From Antedon mediterranea (lineage: Eukaryota > Animalia > Echinodermata), in the NCBI RefSeq assembly GCF_964355755.1, contig NC_092670.1, positions 13,750,795 to 13,814,794 of the forward strand: 64,000 bases of DNA, written 5' to 3'. The notes beneath the pieces are model-generated. The model did not search any database. It was not told the origin of the DNA and was given only the letters and a program-made list of their open reading frames with translations. Below, in pieces: positions 15,262 through 28,992 of the stretch (positions within the stretch are counted from its first letter, which is position 1; every line of letters begins with the position of its first letter). Made by a program: the position numbers and the translations under genes.

Positions 15262-16687
15262 ATTAGTATTGATATTGAGGTTTTTTTTTGTGCGCGTGTG
15301 TGTGTGTTTTTGTTTTTATTATAGTATAGCCTAACCGCCAAAATTATTTCAAACCACGGTTCGCTCATCAATATTATCTGAACTTTACAAACATATAAAA
15401 AATATAACAAATAGTTGTGTTAGTGTTAGCCGATAATCTTGAAATACACTTTTGCGCCATATTGACGTCACACCATATATAACGTTTATCAGCACAACAA
15501 TGGAACCATTGGTAATTGTAGTGTGCATCACACACGGATAAAATGTTTACACCACGAAGATAACATCTTTATTTTAAAAAAAACACACACACAACATAAT
15601 ACCCTTGAGAACGTCCAGACTGAAAAAAAATTCGAAATCAATCAAAAACATGTTGGAAATGCTTTTTTTGTGAAATTCCAACTTCGATGACAACATTAGC
15701 TTTTGTGAAGTTGATTATAATGTTTGTGTTTTAGGATCAATTAGTCTGTGATGTCATGCGGAAGACCACAGTCACAGCTAAATATTTCACTCATTTTTAT
15801 TAAGTTTTAATTGTTCTATTTCTTTTTTTCTTCATTTTATTTATTATTGTTATTGAACTTATTGCTATATATTTGTATTTTACTTATTTTAAAGGGAATG
15901 GTGATATTTAAGTTCAATAAATAAATTAAGAAATATAATACACTTGCTCTTTATTTCTACCCAATTCGGTGGACGTTACGGTATTAGTTCAATTAAACAA
16001 TTTATTTATACATTGATATTTTGTCCAGCCTCAAGATGAGACAACTCCAGTACTAAAAACATTATGATTATAAAGATCGTGTTTTATATAAATATCTTTT
16101 AGTTTCTCTTCGGTCTATAATTAAATCAACTAAGACCAATGCAGAGTTAAACAAGTTCAACGATAACATCCCATAATGGCTCAGTAAAAAAATGGATGAA
16201 TAAACCTGGAAGACAAATGTTCTGTTTGTATTGTCTTGATGGATTAATTCGTGCGGTAATGTTTTTAGCTATTCGAAAATATTACGCCCACGAATGTACC
16301 GTCGGGACTGTTTTAATAGGAACATTGACAATTAGTTTTCAAAGGCAAAACAGTTTTTTTTTTATAAATAGAATGGTAATAGTATACATTTCAGTTGTAT
16401 TAGTTAATTCATGATTTTTACTCGGGGTACCCGAGTCTATTACTTACTCATTTTCTCCTTCTCTTCCTCCATCTGGACACTATTGAGTAAAAAGTGCGAT
16501 TTTTAAAGTACTACTCCTCCCTTATTCGTTATAGTATTGAGCTGGGATTTGGCATGAACATACTACAGGGACATGTCCTCAAAGCTATAGGGCCGGATTT
16601 TTAATTTTTTGTTAATTAATTTGTTTAATTAAGAAGCCACAATGTGTGACACACACCACAGCGTTATGTAGTTATATGGTTATATGC

Positions 16688-16760
16688 GGATTCTTGGCGT
16701 AGTGGTTATCACGTTTGCTTAACACGCAGAAGGTACCTGGTTCGAGCCCGGACGAAACCT
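16688..16760 (+). pseudogene. tRNA-Val(AAC)-like copy with degenerate acceptor stem
   Basis: TGGCGTAGTGG A box, TTTGC-TTAACAC-GCAGA anticodon arm, GGTTCGAGCCC B box, followed by a T run; acceptor stem mismatched. Confidence 0.8.
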
Positions 16761-16971
16761 TTTTTTTTTACTTTATGGTGAAAAGTACTGTATACGCAAT
16801 ATGATAATTATACAGAGTATATTTTATTTCTATTATTTTTTAAAATACTTATTTTGTGTAATCGGTAATTATCACTTTTACACATGTTTATTTTGCTTTG
16901 TGCTTATTACCATTTATTTGTAATTTAAATGGATTAAAAAACTTTCTGTAACCCACATTTTTAATGTAAGA

Positions 16972-17043
16972 GGTTTCGTAGTGTAGTGGTTGTCAAGTCT
17001 GCTTAACACGCAGAAGGTCCCGGTTCGAGCCCTGGCGAAACCT
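16972..17043 (+). tRNA. tRNA-Val(AAC) gene or recent pseudogene
   Basis: GGTTTCG/CGAAACC acceptor stem, TAGTGTAGTGG A box, TCTGC-TTAACAC-GCAGA anticodon arm, GGTTCGAGCCC B box, TTTTT terminator; D- and T-stems imperfect. Confidence 0.7.
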
Positions 17044-17299
17044 ATTTTTCTTTACTTTCTAACTGTATACGTCTGTATACAGCTTCTTTCGCTGTACCCC
17101 GAGTATTGCACATTCGTGCTTGTTTTAAATTGTGGAAAAAAGTGTGTGTACAATAATTAGATTTGTCGTCTGTAATCATGGAGTTTTTGATAAAGGGGGC
17201 CGAAACTTTCTAGGCCAAAACGTCTCTGGGACCGGAACGTTCTTATGTGAGACTTTACCCGAGACATTCAGTTTCCATGAATCACAGTGTAGGCCTACT

Positions 17300-17338
17300 C
17301 AGGGAAGAGTTAAATTACAATAATGTAACTCTTCCCTG
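17300..17338. mobile_element. 39-bp CA...TG palindromic mini-element / P-like excision scar
   Basis: CAGGGAAGAGTTAAATTA-CAA-TAATGTAACTCTTCCCTG; 7-bp TSD GTGTACT (left copy interrupted by GGCCTA). Confidence 0.75.
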
Positions 17339-17594
17339 GTGTACTCAAGCCCTAAATAGGGTGCGCCAGCTGAGTAGAAGCATTATAAGTGAGTAGCCGC
17401 GCATGTAGTAGGCCTATAGTAAATACCTTTTTTTCCTATCTCTGACCGACACTTGAACCACCGCTTTTAAAACAATTGCAGAAACGTTTTATTAAACGAT
17501 TTTTTTTCTTTTAGTGCTTTAAAATGCACTAAAATAGTTGAAACTGTGTAACATCTTACATGTTATAAGCCCTCTATCTATTTATTATGTTGTC

Positions 17595-17720
17595 GGCATT
17601 GGCATCAACATTATCAACATCACCATAACTACCATCACCACATCCAACGCCATCACCATCACCGCCAACGCTGCCAAAACCACCATCACCACCACCACCA
17701 TCACCATCATCATCATCATG
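17595..17720. repeat. (CAC/CAT)n microsatellite
   Basis: Direct inspection. Confidence 0.85.
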
Positions 17721-17855
17721 GTATTTGTCAGCATTGACATCCATTATACAGTTACGTATACCACGATTGGAAAACCTAATTATCTAACTCAACTTAATTA
17801 CGTGGTTAAAATCAGTACCGAGAGGTATATGAACCAACTTGATATACCATAGTTA

Positions 17856-19874
17856 AGCCGATTTTCCACTATAGTCAGGTGGCTTAGCGACTAAAACGTT
17901 ACACGGTGGACAAAAGCACCAAATTTTGCATGAGGCTTCTTTTAGGCGTACTAATTGATTTTTGCCTAGGAGCCACCCGATCAGCTCCGATTTTCCAAGA
18001 TGGCGGCCAAAATCCAAAATGGCTGCCAATAAATTGGTATATCATATATCTCTGACTGTAAAAGTTACAAATAGACAAATAATGTAATGAATCAAGAATT
18101 TTTGAGGTCAGTAAAACCGATTCAGGAAATATTATATAAAGTGAGTTCCAAGATGGCACCCAAAAATAAAAATGGTAGCCATTGAAATTGAAATACATAT
18201 AATCGTATACAAAATCACAAATAGTCCATTCCTAATGTATTTTAGTCTGCAAATCAGAAGAAAAGTGCAAGCATTGCATTTTATGAATTTTTTAACCATG
18301 CCAGTTATAAAAACCCATGTTATCAAATTTCTAAAATTTTCCTTGACCTTTGACCTCAATTTGAATATTTTAATTCAATTGAAAACAAAATAACCATATC
18401 TCCGCAACGCTTGCATTAAATTATATAATTTTAGTGTCAAATTTTTTGGAAGATGCATATTAATATTCGTCCTAATGGAAAAATTTGTCAAAAAATGGCC
18501 GGAAGTATGATTTTTGGTATTTTTGACCTTTGACCTACATGTCATATAACTTGGTAACTAACAGTTAGACAAACTTTAAATAGATCTCAAATTAATCAGA
18601 AGATTGATGTTTCTATTCAGTCTAATACAAACTTTTCCAAGAAAATTACCCAAATTCTTGTTATTGACCTTTGACCTGTACTGGTAGTACACATTTCTAT
18701 ATCTCGAAAACTAGTGGCCGTAAACATTTTTTTGAGAAATTGTTAAAATAAATATATATTTATATGTTTTATAATAAAACAGTTTCTATTAAATTGTAAA
18801 AGAATGTAATTTGTTAACATCCAATAGTATTTGTTATGTATTAAAATGTGTTATATTTGTTGATTTTAGGCACTTAACGTAAATTTATCTGAACTATGGA
18901 TATTTAATGTAAAATTTGTTTTCTTTAATATAAAGAAAATGTAATTATCTATCAAATAAGACCATTTAAAAAATATTCTGACAAAAACTTAGTTAGTTAC
19001 AGGTAAAAAAGTGTACTTTTACTTATGTGAACAGCGCCCTCAATCTTTATTTTCCCAAAAATACCACCTTTTATGTGGTTTCAGAAACTGAACTGGTTAT
19101 AACTTTTTTTTAATAGATTTTTTTTACAGTTACTTGTAATTTACATACCACCTCTACCATTTACTACAGCTACTTCATTTACATACTTCTGCCATCCACA
19201 GATACTGTATGTGATTTCCTAGTTTACTGGCAGCCATTTTGGATTTTTCCCACCATCTTTGCAACGAGTGACCTATATTATGTACCATGTCTGAAATATG
19301 TTTCAATGACCATGATTAGGCCTGCTCCATGTTTTCCTACTTCGTTTGATACCTATATGCGAGTTCTGCAACCAGAATGATATTCCAGCTTAGGCTACTG
19401 GCAGCCATGTTGGATTTTGGCCACCATCTTAACAATGAATGACCTATGTCATGCAGCATGTCTCAAATATGTTTCAATGACCATGAATACTTATGTTTTG
19501 ATAGTTCATTTGCCTATATGTGACTTCTGCAACAAATGAAATATGATTTTCCAATTCATTGGCGGCCATTTTAGATTTTGGCCGCCATCTTGAAAAATAA
19601 ATTACGACCAGAGTGGCTCCTAGGCAAAAAATCAATTGGTAGGTCCCAACAAAGCTCCATGCCAAATTTGGCGCATTTGTCCACCGTGTAACGATTTCCT
19701 CATTTTTTGTTGTTAAGCCACCTGACTACTAGGCGAATTTGTTCGCGCGAATCGAAGGCGTCAGCTAATACGCATGCGTAGAGAAGGATGTGGAAGATGT
19801 AAACATGAATACACATGCGTACAAGCTGGCGCTTTCGATTCGCGCGAACAAATTTGCCTAGTGGAAAATCGGCT
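17856..19874. mobile_element. Harbinger-like MITE (TTA TSD) split by an Academ-type insertion
   Basis: AGCCGATTTTCCACTA[insert]GGCGAATTTGTTCGCGCGAATCGAA...TTCGATTCGCGCGAACAAATTTGCCTAGTGGAAAATCGGCT with TTA on both sides. Confidence 0.85.
17872..19728. mobile_element. Non-autonomous Academ-type DNA transposon
   Basis: TAGTCAGGTGGCTTA...TAAGCCACCTGACTA TIR, CTA TSD (17869-71/19729-31), extended imperfect subterminal IRs, AAGATGGCGGC and TGACCTTTGACCT motifs shared with the coding Academ elements. Confidence 0.8.
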
Positions 19875-20514
19875 TTAAGTAAACAATCTAGGAAGAAACG
19901 AGCGATTTATCGAATTTTGCCCTGACGACATAAAATGTTCATTATAGATTTAGTTTAACTTAACACTGGAGTAAATTTAGTAGGTTCCATGTAAATATAT
20001 CATATATATTCGAAAGGTATAGATGAGAGTTAATTACCGTAATAGTATTTGAGTACCTTGCCGGTGGACGTCCGTTGAAATAAATGTCGTATATATTCAA
20101 AGTGTAAATAATAAATGTATAAATAAATCACTTATAGTTGATACATTAGCGAAGAACAGGTCAGTGACTTAATAAAACACAGCAGTGTAACATAGAGATG
20201 ATTTTCCCGCTGTTAAACTCACACATCTCTATGGGTAAGTATTGCATTTTTCGGAACGATTTTAAGTAATCTGTAGGACATGCATGTAGTTCGGTAGTTG
20301 AACGTTATGCTGCGTTATTAGGAAGCTTTCACACGATCACGTAAATGTTGCCTTTAACGGATGACGTCAAGATTCTATTTGCATAATAAAAGCGTAGTTT
20401 AGCGGACAGCATGCGATAAAGCTATTTTTCAGAAATAAGGTTCTTGAATTGATGACTTTAACGTTTACGTGCACATGCTCGAGCTCCCTAATGTTTGATT
20501 ACGAAGTGAGCATT

Positions 20515-21085
20515 ATGTAAACGTACTGAAACAGGTATTCCGTAAACCTACTGGGGTATGTATTCCGTAAACGTATTGGTCTAAACTTACTGAGTTAGGT
20601 ATTCTGTAAACTTAGTTGTGAGGTAGTCCGAAAACGGTATTTCGTAAAGGTATTTCATAAACGTACTTGGGTAGGTAACGTATAAGTGTAGGTATTCCGT
20701 AATGCTTGGGTATAGTATTCCGTAAACGTACAGGAGTAGGCATTCCGCAAACGTACTGTGGTAGGCATTCCGTAAATGTATACAGGAGGAGGTACTCCGT
20801 AAACGTAATGGAGTGGTCTGTAATGTACTGGGAATATGTATTCTGTAACATACTTGGGTATTCCGCAAAAGTGGTAGGTAGGTAAACGGTATTTCGTAAA
20901 CTGTATTCCTTACGTACTGGGGTAGGTATTCTGTGACGTACTGGGGTGGTATTATGTAACGTACTGGGGTTGGCACTCCGTAAACGAATTGGGTAGGCAC
21001 TCTGTAAACTACTGTGGTATATTTCGTTTTACAAAAACATGGATGTAAAGAAAAGATAGACATTCCACGTAATGGTACTCCGTAA
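20515..21085. repeat. Degenerate ~24-27-bp minisatellite (GGTATTCCGTAAACGTACTGGGGTA)
   Basis: Roughly 20 diverged units; explains ORFs 20587-21120 and 20612-20851. Confidence 0.85.
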
Positions 21086-24000
21086 TAAATAAGTCGAAGT
21101 AAGTTGGAAAATTGTATCACATTAGCAAAACTGTTAACTAAAAAGCAGGGAGATTTAAAATAAGCTACCCTACTGGTCTTCGTGGTATGGTTTTCAATAA
21201 ATTGATAGATTTAAAGCTTGACTATAATTGTGTATCACTTTTAATGTGTTTTCGTTTAGAAACATTTGTTATTAATACAGAACAAACAGGCATACATCAA
21301 ACCAGTTGCTATTGCAAACTGAAATGCACGTTGGTTCATTTGCACTGGTTAGGCATATATTGAATTTTTTTTATAAATTAAAATGTAAACCATTCTCCAG
21401 ACAGTTAGTCTGTTGTAAAATCAAAACTTGTAACTTTTAATTTACGTACATGTAAAACTGTTCGGTCTATAGATTTATCATTTAAAAATGGATATGTAAT
21501 GTAAGAGAATGAAACCCGTGTTTGACAATAGACATTTAAATGACAAGAGTGACGTATAATGTTATTGTTCTTTATTGACAATCAGAGATATCACACTAGT
21601 CTGCATAGATAAATGAATATTACTATAAAATAATATTTCTTTAAAAAATTTTCTCACTGAAGACATCCAGCACAGACATGAGAAAACTAAATTTCCACAG
21701 ATACAGTTGGAACACTATACTACTTGGTCAATTCCATGAGTATTGTAACTTATACGAATTAATTAACACAAATTAACAGGATTTAATTTCGAATTGGCAT
21801 TTCAGAAGATGTCAAAGAAGAGCATACCTTTAATAAATGAATATCAAATATCAATGCATATTGTGTTTCTTCTGCTATAACCTTTTATTTCAGCTATTTA
21901 TGCAATTATAAAATGTCATGTTTTACCCCATTTATTGAAACTAATGTTTGCCTCTAGTTATCCACTGGTATGTTTTTAATGCGAGTTGTATAATGTTAAC
22001 ATAAACAAATTAAACAAATTCTCCGTTGAAAAGGTTGATGTATTACGCCGTTCGTTATTCTCATGCGAAGTAAGTAAACTGCATTAAATCCTTTCATACT
22101 TCATTTACTTCAACAATGATGGCCTTAAAATTCAATGATATCAGTGGGACTATCAGAAATGAAGAATGGGTACTACCCAGATACGTATTATAATTCATTC
22201 TATAATGTAAACAATAAATAAACATTTCTATTTTTAGAGTGATTTTCATTCAGCCCTACGATAGTTGATTTGATTTACAGTTTATGTGAATTCTATTATT
22301 TTTTATAGGTGGGGTACCGTATTTGTCGCTATTTTCAGACATTACCGCGTTCTACGACAATTCATATTCGTTTACACGGTTAGAAACATATGACAGTGGT
22401 CAAACACGAAGAAATCGAACAAGGATATTCAAAAGACATAATTGTCATTATTACTTGTAAAGCTTCTCACTAGGACGCATGCGCGATAAACATTTTATGT
22501 ATAGACAGCTCCGCGTATATAATTCAACGTCGGTTTTCCAAATTATAGACGCTTTAATGTTTGTTTGTTCTTCCAATCTTCCCACCATTCCTTCATGGCT
22601 CAATGTTTTCATAAACTGTCATTTTTTATTAAATGAATTTTATATTGTCATTATTTTGAAAAACTATAGAAGAATATCAATGTGACTATGATTGAATGTA
22701 ATTTCTAGCAATGTGTGCGTGTGGATGAACTCTGCTCATCGTGTTATAAGAATTTGATTACTTTTTAATTCGTTCTAATATTGCAAAACCTGTTTTGTCC
22801 GCTGGGTATCAGCTAATCTATTCCTCTTGTGGCTAATGACTTATGCCTATGTGATGGGATGCTGTACCATGATAACAGTACAGTATTATGTTCGAATGAT
22901 TTAATATTTTCCATTTTAATACTTTAATTTAGTCAATGCCTATTTTCAGAGGATGTAAAGCTCGGGTACAGGCATGAATTTCAGATATAATATTTTATTA
23001 CATCAATCGGAAAATCTGTAAGAGAAATCACTTCTCATGATTGGTGCAGTAGGATATTTTTTTTCTCCCGCAGTTGAATATTATATCTGCGCATGCGCAA
23101 ATAGAATGAAGCTTTATATTTTCGTAGTAGAAAATAGGCAAAGATCAGGCCCAATACTGTCACAGTTAATTCATTAACATTCTGCATAACATAACATAAT
23201 AGCTTTATCTTTCGATTTCACGGCGCACCTTCGCTGAACGTGACTGCGCGCCTAGTTTTTTGTAAGTCATTCTGCATAATGGTTTCTGAGCGTTCCAGAA
23301 TGATTTTTTTACTCATCAACTGTTCCTAGTCTGGTGGCGCGTATAGAAAACGAAATGACACTACGCAGTGTAACAGCAAACTGGAGCTTCGCACTGACCA
23401 AATGTATAGTCTCTAGCAAAATCTTTGTATCAATTACAATGTCAATTATTTACGTTCATTCCATTGATGAAATTTGAACCATATTCTCATTAAAGTACGA
23501 TGAATTGATCTCAAATCTGCTCTGCAACTAATTCCTCATGTTGATTATTAGATTTTCTTGAAGAAATATTATTATTATAGGCCTACTAATTAACATTTTC
23601 TGAGAAACAAATCATCAAACTGTAGTTAAATAAGTACAGACTTCAATTACAGATAATGTTTTCCAGTGTAGTTTTTATTTAAAACCATTCTATTTTAAAA
23701 TACCTGAATTGCAATGCAGTATCATGCAATGTATAGTAGGCCTATACATTGTCAGATTACCAATAACTAGTATGATATAAGGTTATGCTTAGGAAAATAC
23801 AACAAACATGTATCCATACATTCAAAATGTATTCAAATAAAATACAAAGAAGGAAAAACAATGCAAGTAAAAATCATTAATTAAATTCCACGATTTTCTA
23901 AGCATACATGCGTCACATGTTATGCAATCATGTAATATGCTTTATTGAATGTTCAGAATGTACAGAAAACCGACTAACGTATAATTATGACATAACTAAT

Positions 24001-24653
24001 AAAAACAGATCACGGTAGGCCTAAATGTATGTTTAAAACAAATTTCGTGAGATATAGCCTACTTACAAAGCATGTCTATTAATAGTATGCAAAAATGTTC
24101 CATATTAATTCGTTTCAAGGCCTATAAAAGTACGTACACCTATACGTTTGTTTCCACAAAAGAACAATCCGATTCTATTAATATACATTTTCAATACATT
24201 TGTATTCATATGCCTATACAGTACACCTTTAGCGCGTAATTACATCAATATTTCGATTAATCGATAGTGGCCACCTCCGGAATAAAAGTATTTATAACGG
24301 TATAATCGGATACTATAACAATGTTGTTGAAATCCAGGCCTAAATATCGATTATAATAGTAGCGTTTGTTAAACTAACGTTATGTATATTTTTAATACAT
24401 ATGTATCGATTAAAGAATCAATACATTGTCTTATTAATGCTATATTCTAACCACTATGTTCCTACCGCATTGCCACGTATGAAAAAAAAAATCAATTTAT
24501 GACGAGACACTCATTCAATAAAATTAATTGGCATAAATGTCATTCAGAGTACCAAATGACAGCTGTATATAGTTAGTATTTACACATTTTGCAGGAATAT
24601 ATACAATCCCGTTCCATCGCCATGCCTAACCATAAATAGCTTACTTAAGTTAG

Positions 24654-25042
24654 CATCACCATCATCATCACCGTCATAATCATCATCACCAGCATCATCA
24701 TCATAATCATCATCATAATCATCATCATCACCAGCATCATTATCATCATCACCATCATCATCATAATCATCATAATCATCATCATCACGAGCATCACCAG
24801 CATCATTATCATCACCCTCATCAGCATAATCATCATCATCATCACCATCATCAGCATTATCATCATCACCATCATCAGCATTATCATCATCATCATCATC
24901 ATCATCATTACCAGCATCATCAACATTATCATTATTATCATCATCATTATCATCATTATCACCATCATCAGCATTATCATTATTATCATCATCATCATCA
25001 TTACCATCATTATCACCAGCATCATCATCACCAGCATTATTA
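24654..25042. repeat. (ATC/ACC/AGC)n trinucleotide microsatellite
   Basis: Direct inspection; gives the poly-Met/Ile ORF 24645-25181. Confidence 0.95.
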
Positions 25043-25082
25043 TAAGTATTATTAATATTTCATTATCATAGTAATAATAAAT

Positions 25083-25120
<38 letters not shown>

Positions 25121-26930
25121 TATTTTTAAATAAAATAAATCTTAGTTTACACTTGAACGCAGTGCGATGACGTAAGCGCACAACGAGATTGACCTTTTAC
25201 GACGCGATGCATCATCCAAACTGTAGCTTGTGTGATTGATCAAATCACTAGCGTTGCGTTTACGTCAGGTGGAAATCGTGGAAATACTACTACGTCTAAA
25301 AATGTATTCTTTTGTTCCACTAGGATGCAATATAAAGCAATTATATTGCAACGCAAGTAATTCAACCAATCATGATGAGATGGATTAATCGAACAATCGC
25401 TTATTATTGGTCAACTCGCTTGCGTTACCCTTACGTCCTTGTTTTACGTCATTGGTAAACACGGATTAAGAATCGTTCTATATTACGTCTACAAATGTAT
25501 CATTGCGTTCCACTTGGACGCAACGTAAAATAATTATATTGTAACGCAAGTAATTCAACAAATGAACTGTCGCTGGTTTTGGTCAACTTTCTTGCGCTGC
25601 CCATACGTCCTTCTAGCCTTTCGTCATTGGTAAAAAGATTAGGAAACAGTTTAAATAGAATTTTGATAACTGTAGGCCTATACGTAGTTGTTATTATTCT
25701 AGTCCCCAATATGATGACAAAAGCAATGAATCAATACAGTATCTAAGCAAGGCCTTATAACCTGAACCATTGTATCTATTTTGAAACATTTGAACACATT
25801 ACTGCTAATAACTGTATGCAACATATATCTTCATTTTTTATTATATATCATTAATTTTTGCCCCATGAGATTAAACTGTGTTTATTGCGTGTCACTATCG
25901 TCCCGCATCACAAGAAACGGAACGTAGTTCGTCAACAGTTGTAATTTCGTCACAAAAGCCCGCAGATTGTGTCTATACCTTTATCAATAATTCTTAGAAG
26001 AGCGCAAAATTAAAACGTTGTTTATGCGTGTGCGTTGTTTATGTTAATAAACAAAAACAGCCAATCAAACGTTGTTTATGTGTATACTTATAGTTTATTT
26101 TAATAAACAAAAACATTAAAAACAGCTCATCGAAGCGTAACAAATTATCAAAATAGATTTATATCTCTTGCATATCTTATCTATTTTTGTTTATACAATT
26201 ATTGTTGCACTTTGTGAACCGAAGAGTGATGACAACGTCACCGTAAGCTGTGCGCATGCGTCGCCTAAATTCTTCCATTGCGTTTGTGAGGTTGAGCACG
26301 TACTTTCCGTTTGAAGATCTTTCGTTTATGCTCTCGTGTTCATTAGGTTCAATTTGTTAGGCCTACATAGTTTAGCCTCCTTTCAGTATATTTTTTCTGG
26401 AAATTACATTGTTATTGACTTTATAAATCTTCACCGTCAAGCCCATTATACTAAACAATTCAGTGTAACCGAGAACAGGTTGTCTATCAATAATTAATTT
26501 CTAGTGTAATCTTTTCTTTTATGCTGTTAATTAAATTGATTTTGATCAAATATGAATTAATAATTTCAACCTGTAACATTGTTTATGCTCATAATTCATA
26601 CTAACATACAACTATTCATGCTGAGATAAACCCGGTGACCTAATCGGTCCATTTATTGTCGAAATCAGATTCGATACGATTCATTTAGCCTATTTATTTA
26701 TTAGACCACCTTAATGACAATAAAATGTACAATGCATGAAAAATGCTGGAAAATGGAAACTCACTCAAAGTAAATTGCTGTAACTTAAATAAATCAGCTG
26801 ACCATCATGCTACTTTTCATATACCATTAGATATCAACAATAATCTTACTGCAGTTACTGCATTAATAACTACCTATTTAAATGCAATAACGTTTGATTT
26901 TAGGCAAGATTTTCAGTCTTATGTAATTAA

Positions 26931-26961
<31 letters not shown>

Positions 26962-28922
26962 GCTGTATTTTGTATATTGTATCTGTTCTGAGGGTCCCAA
27001 ATGATCAGCAAATGCTGGATGGATCACCCTCATTAAATATGGTTAAAATAAAATAAATTAAATAAATAAATAAATAAAATTCATTGTATATTAAAATAAT
27101 AGTAATACAAACAGTTTTATATATCAACAATTTACAAGGTTAACTAGAAAAATGTAGTTACTGCGATAAATGTGCAATGGAATATTTTGTATTCCATTTG
27201 CGATGGAGATGTTCAACCTGATGAACGCGGACGTGTTATACGTGTTTAAAGGTGTGTATAATATGTCTCTTTACGCTCGCTGACGCATTATATAATGTAA
27301 TTATTTAAATAATAAAAATACATAAACCACAACATTGTACCGTAACCTTGATCTGTGTAATGCAGAAATATATCACTTATACATTATTAGTATTGAAGTG
27401 TAATACTATTTACATTATTATAACAACCAAAATGTTATTTTTAAATTGTTTTGCAAATTATATCTAACGAAGGGTATAGTTTAAGCACCGATTTAGCCTA
27501 CTTAATATGACCCCGACGCATTAATTTCAATCTAAACCTAGAATAAAAATGTGACCAATATTAATCACATCACGTTTGATACATCCAGTCACGGCTTCCG
27601 AACAACATAATTAAGTTTGCGGCATAATGGTTATAATTATTATTTAAACATTATATGTTCTTTCGTAAACAATCCATTTACTTACGTACCGTTTAAATTA
27701 CTAATGACAATGATAAATAAAGTAATAAAACTGTTATGATAATTATAACTAAATGATTTAAAATAATTTCGTAAAAATAAAGTAAGTCGATCCAATATCA
27801 TATCCAATAGATAGTGCCAGATCGCATTTGACGCCATATACCGTAAAACCGCGAAAGAAGGTTTGCCAATTAAGTACCGTAATCTCGGGAAAAAAGCCCA
27901 TTTCGAAATATAGCAATAGGGCTTATTTTCGAGATAGTATGGACTTATCTTCGATAAAGACTGCATTGAACGTGAAAGGAATAGAAATGTGTATGACACT
28001 GATATTCAGAAATGTACTATAACTTGACAAAATGCTATGATGATATGATGACAGTTGGTCATACCGTATAGTTGGTTATCATCTTTCTTTGATCAGTATC
28101 TTGGAAAGTTCTATGATACAGCGTGTAGTAATGTTCGCCACATCGTATCAGATATTGCATTTTGGTCTGTGTTATGGCATAGAGCAAAAAATAAATTTTA
28201 TTTTTCCTCCATGGTTATGGTTAGGGTAAAAATTATGTAGGAACTTGGCATGATGACGTATACACATACAGAGAGTCGCGGTTAAACTATAAAACATAAA
28301 CTTACCCTATTGAGTTGACATTAAAATGTTCAATATAAAAGGAAAATAAACTAAATATAGTAAGTATAGACATCGGTTTAATAATGTATATACCAAGAAT
28401 TTAAACCATTGAAACCATCTTAGTTCTTGAGGGAAAAATATTGTTATTATCTAAGAGGAAAAAAACACAATAAATCTATTTATAAATGTGTGTTGAATAA
28501 CTACGTTATTATATCCATCTACTTTGTATGACATAATCCAATAGTACTATTTTTAGGAGGAATAGAAGTGTGGGGGAGAGGCTGAAGATGAATTAAAAAA
28601 ATCTCCCACATATCATTGTTGACACTATTGATTATTGTCTATTTTGGCTGCCGTCATTGGTTAGATGTTGAATTCTCGATCGTGATTGGCTACAGTGGAT
28701 AGTCGTCTGCAAAACGAATATGATGAGATTGCTATAGTTACAGCATTCTGGAAATCTACAGCACGTCGCGTGGACGTATACATGAAAGATCAACTCTAGT
28801 TACTCTAATATTTTAGTGAATGATATATCCTGCACTGCGATGTTTTTCATTATGCTTAAGCCCGTGTTTGGTCAAATGTATTATTCGTAATAAGGATATG
28901 TTATATTATATTATTTCTGCAG

Positions 28923-28992
28923 GCTTTGGAAAACAATATTACAGTGTCTCTGGATAATGAAACGAACATTATGCCGGTCAACACATCTGTCG
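28923..28992 (+). CDS. GPCR candidate N-terminal ECD exon (ALENNITVSLDNETNIMPVNTSV)
   Basis: ttctgcAG acceptor, G|GTGAGT donor, three N-x-S/T sequons, phase 1 end fits the next exon. No family motif, so less certain. Confidence 0.6.

Larger units (their letters stand above)
16415..17126 (+). mobile_element. Helentron-associated (DINE-1/HINE-like) element, family A, carrying two tRNA-Val copies
   Basis: TTTTTACTCGGGGTACCCGAGT 5' end, GTACCCCGAGT subterminal IR + GCACATTCGTGC hairpin + TTGTTTT 3' end. Confidence 0.8.

Noticed and set aside
20198-20234. Candidate GPCR first exon MIFPLLNSHISM with G|GTAAGT donor
   Set aside because: Lies within a CATAGAGATG...CATCTCTATG palindrome, is not signal-peptide-like, and its phase does not fit exon 28923 directly.
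20515-21120. Possible CRISPR-like array or repeat protein
   Set aside because: Contiguous degenerate minisatellite without unique spacers, in eukaryotic DNA with no cas genes.
24645-25181. 178-aa Met/Ile-rich ORF
   Set aside because: Translation of an (ATC)n microsatellite.
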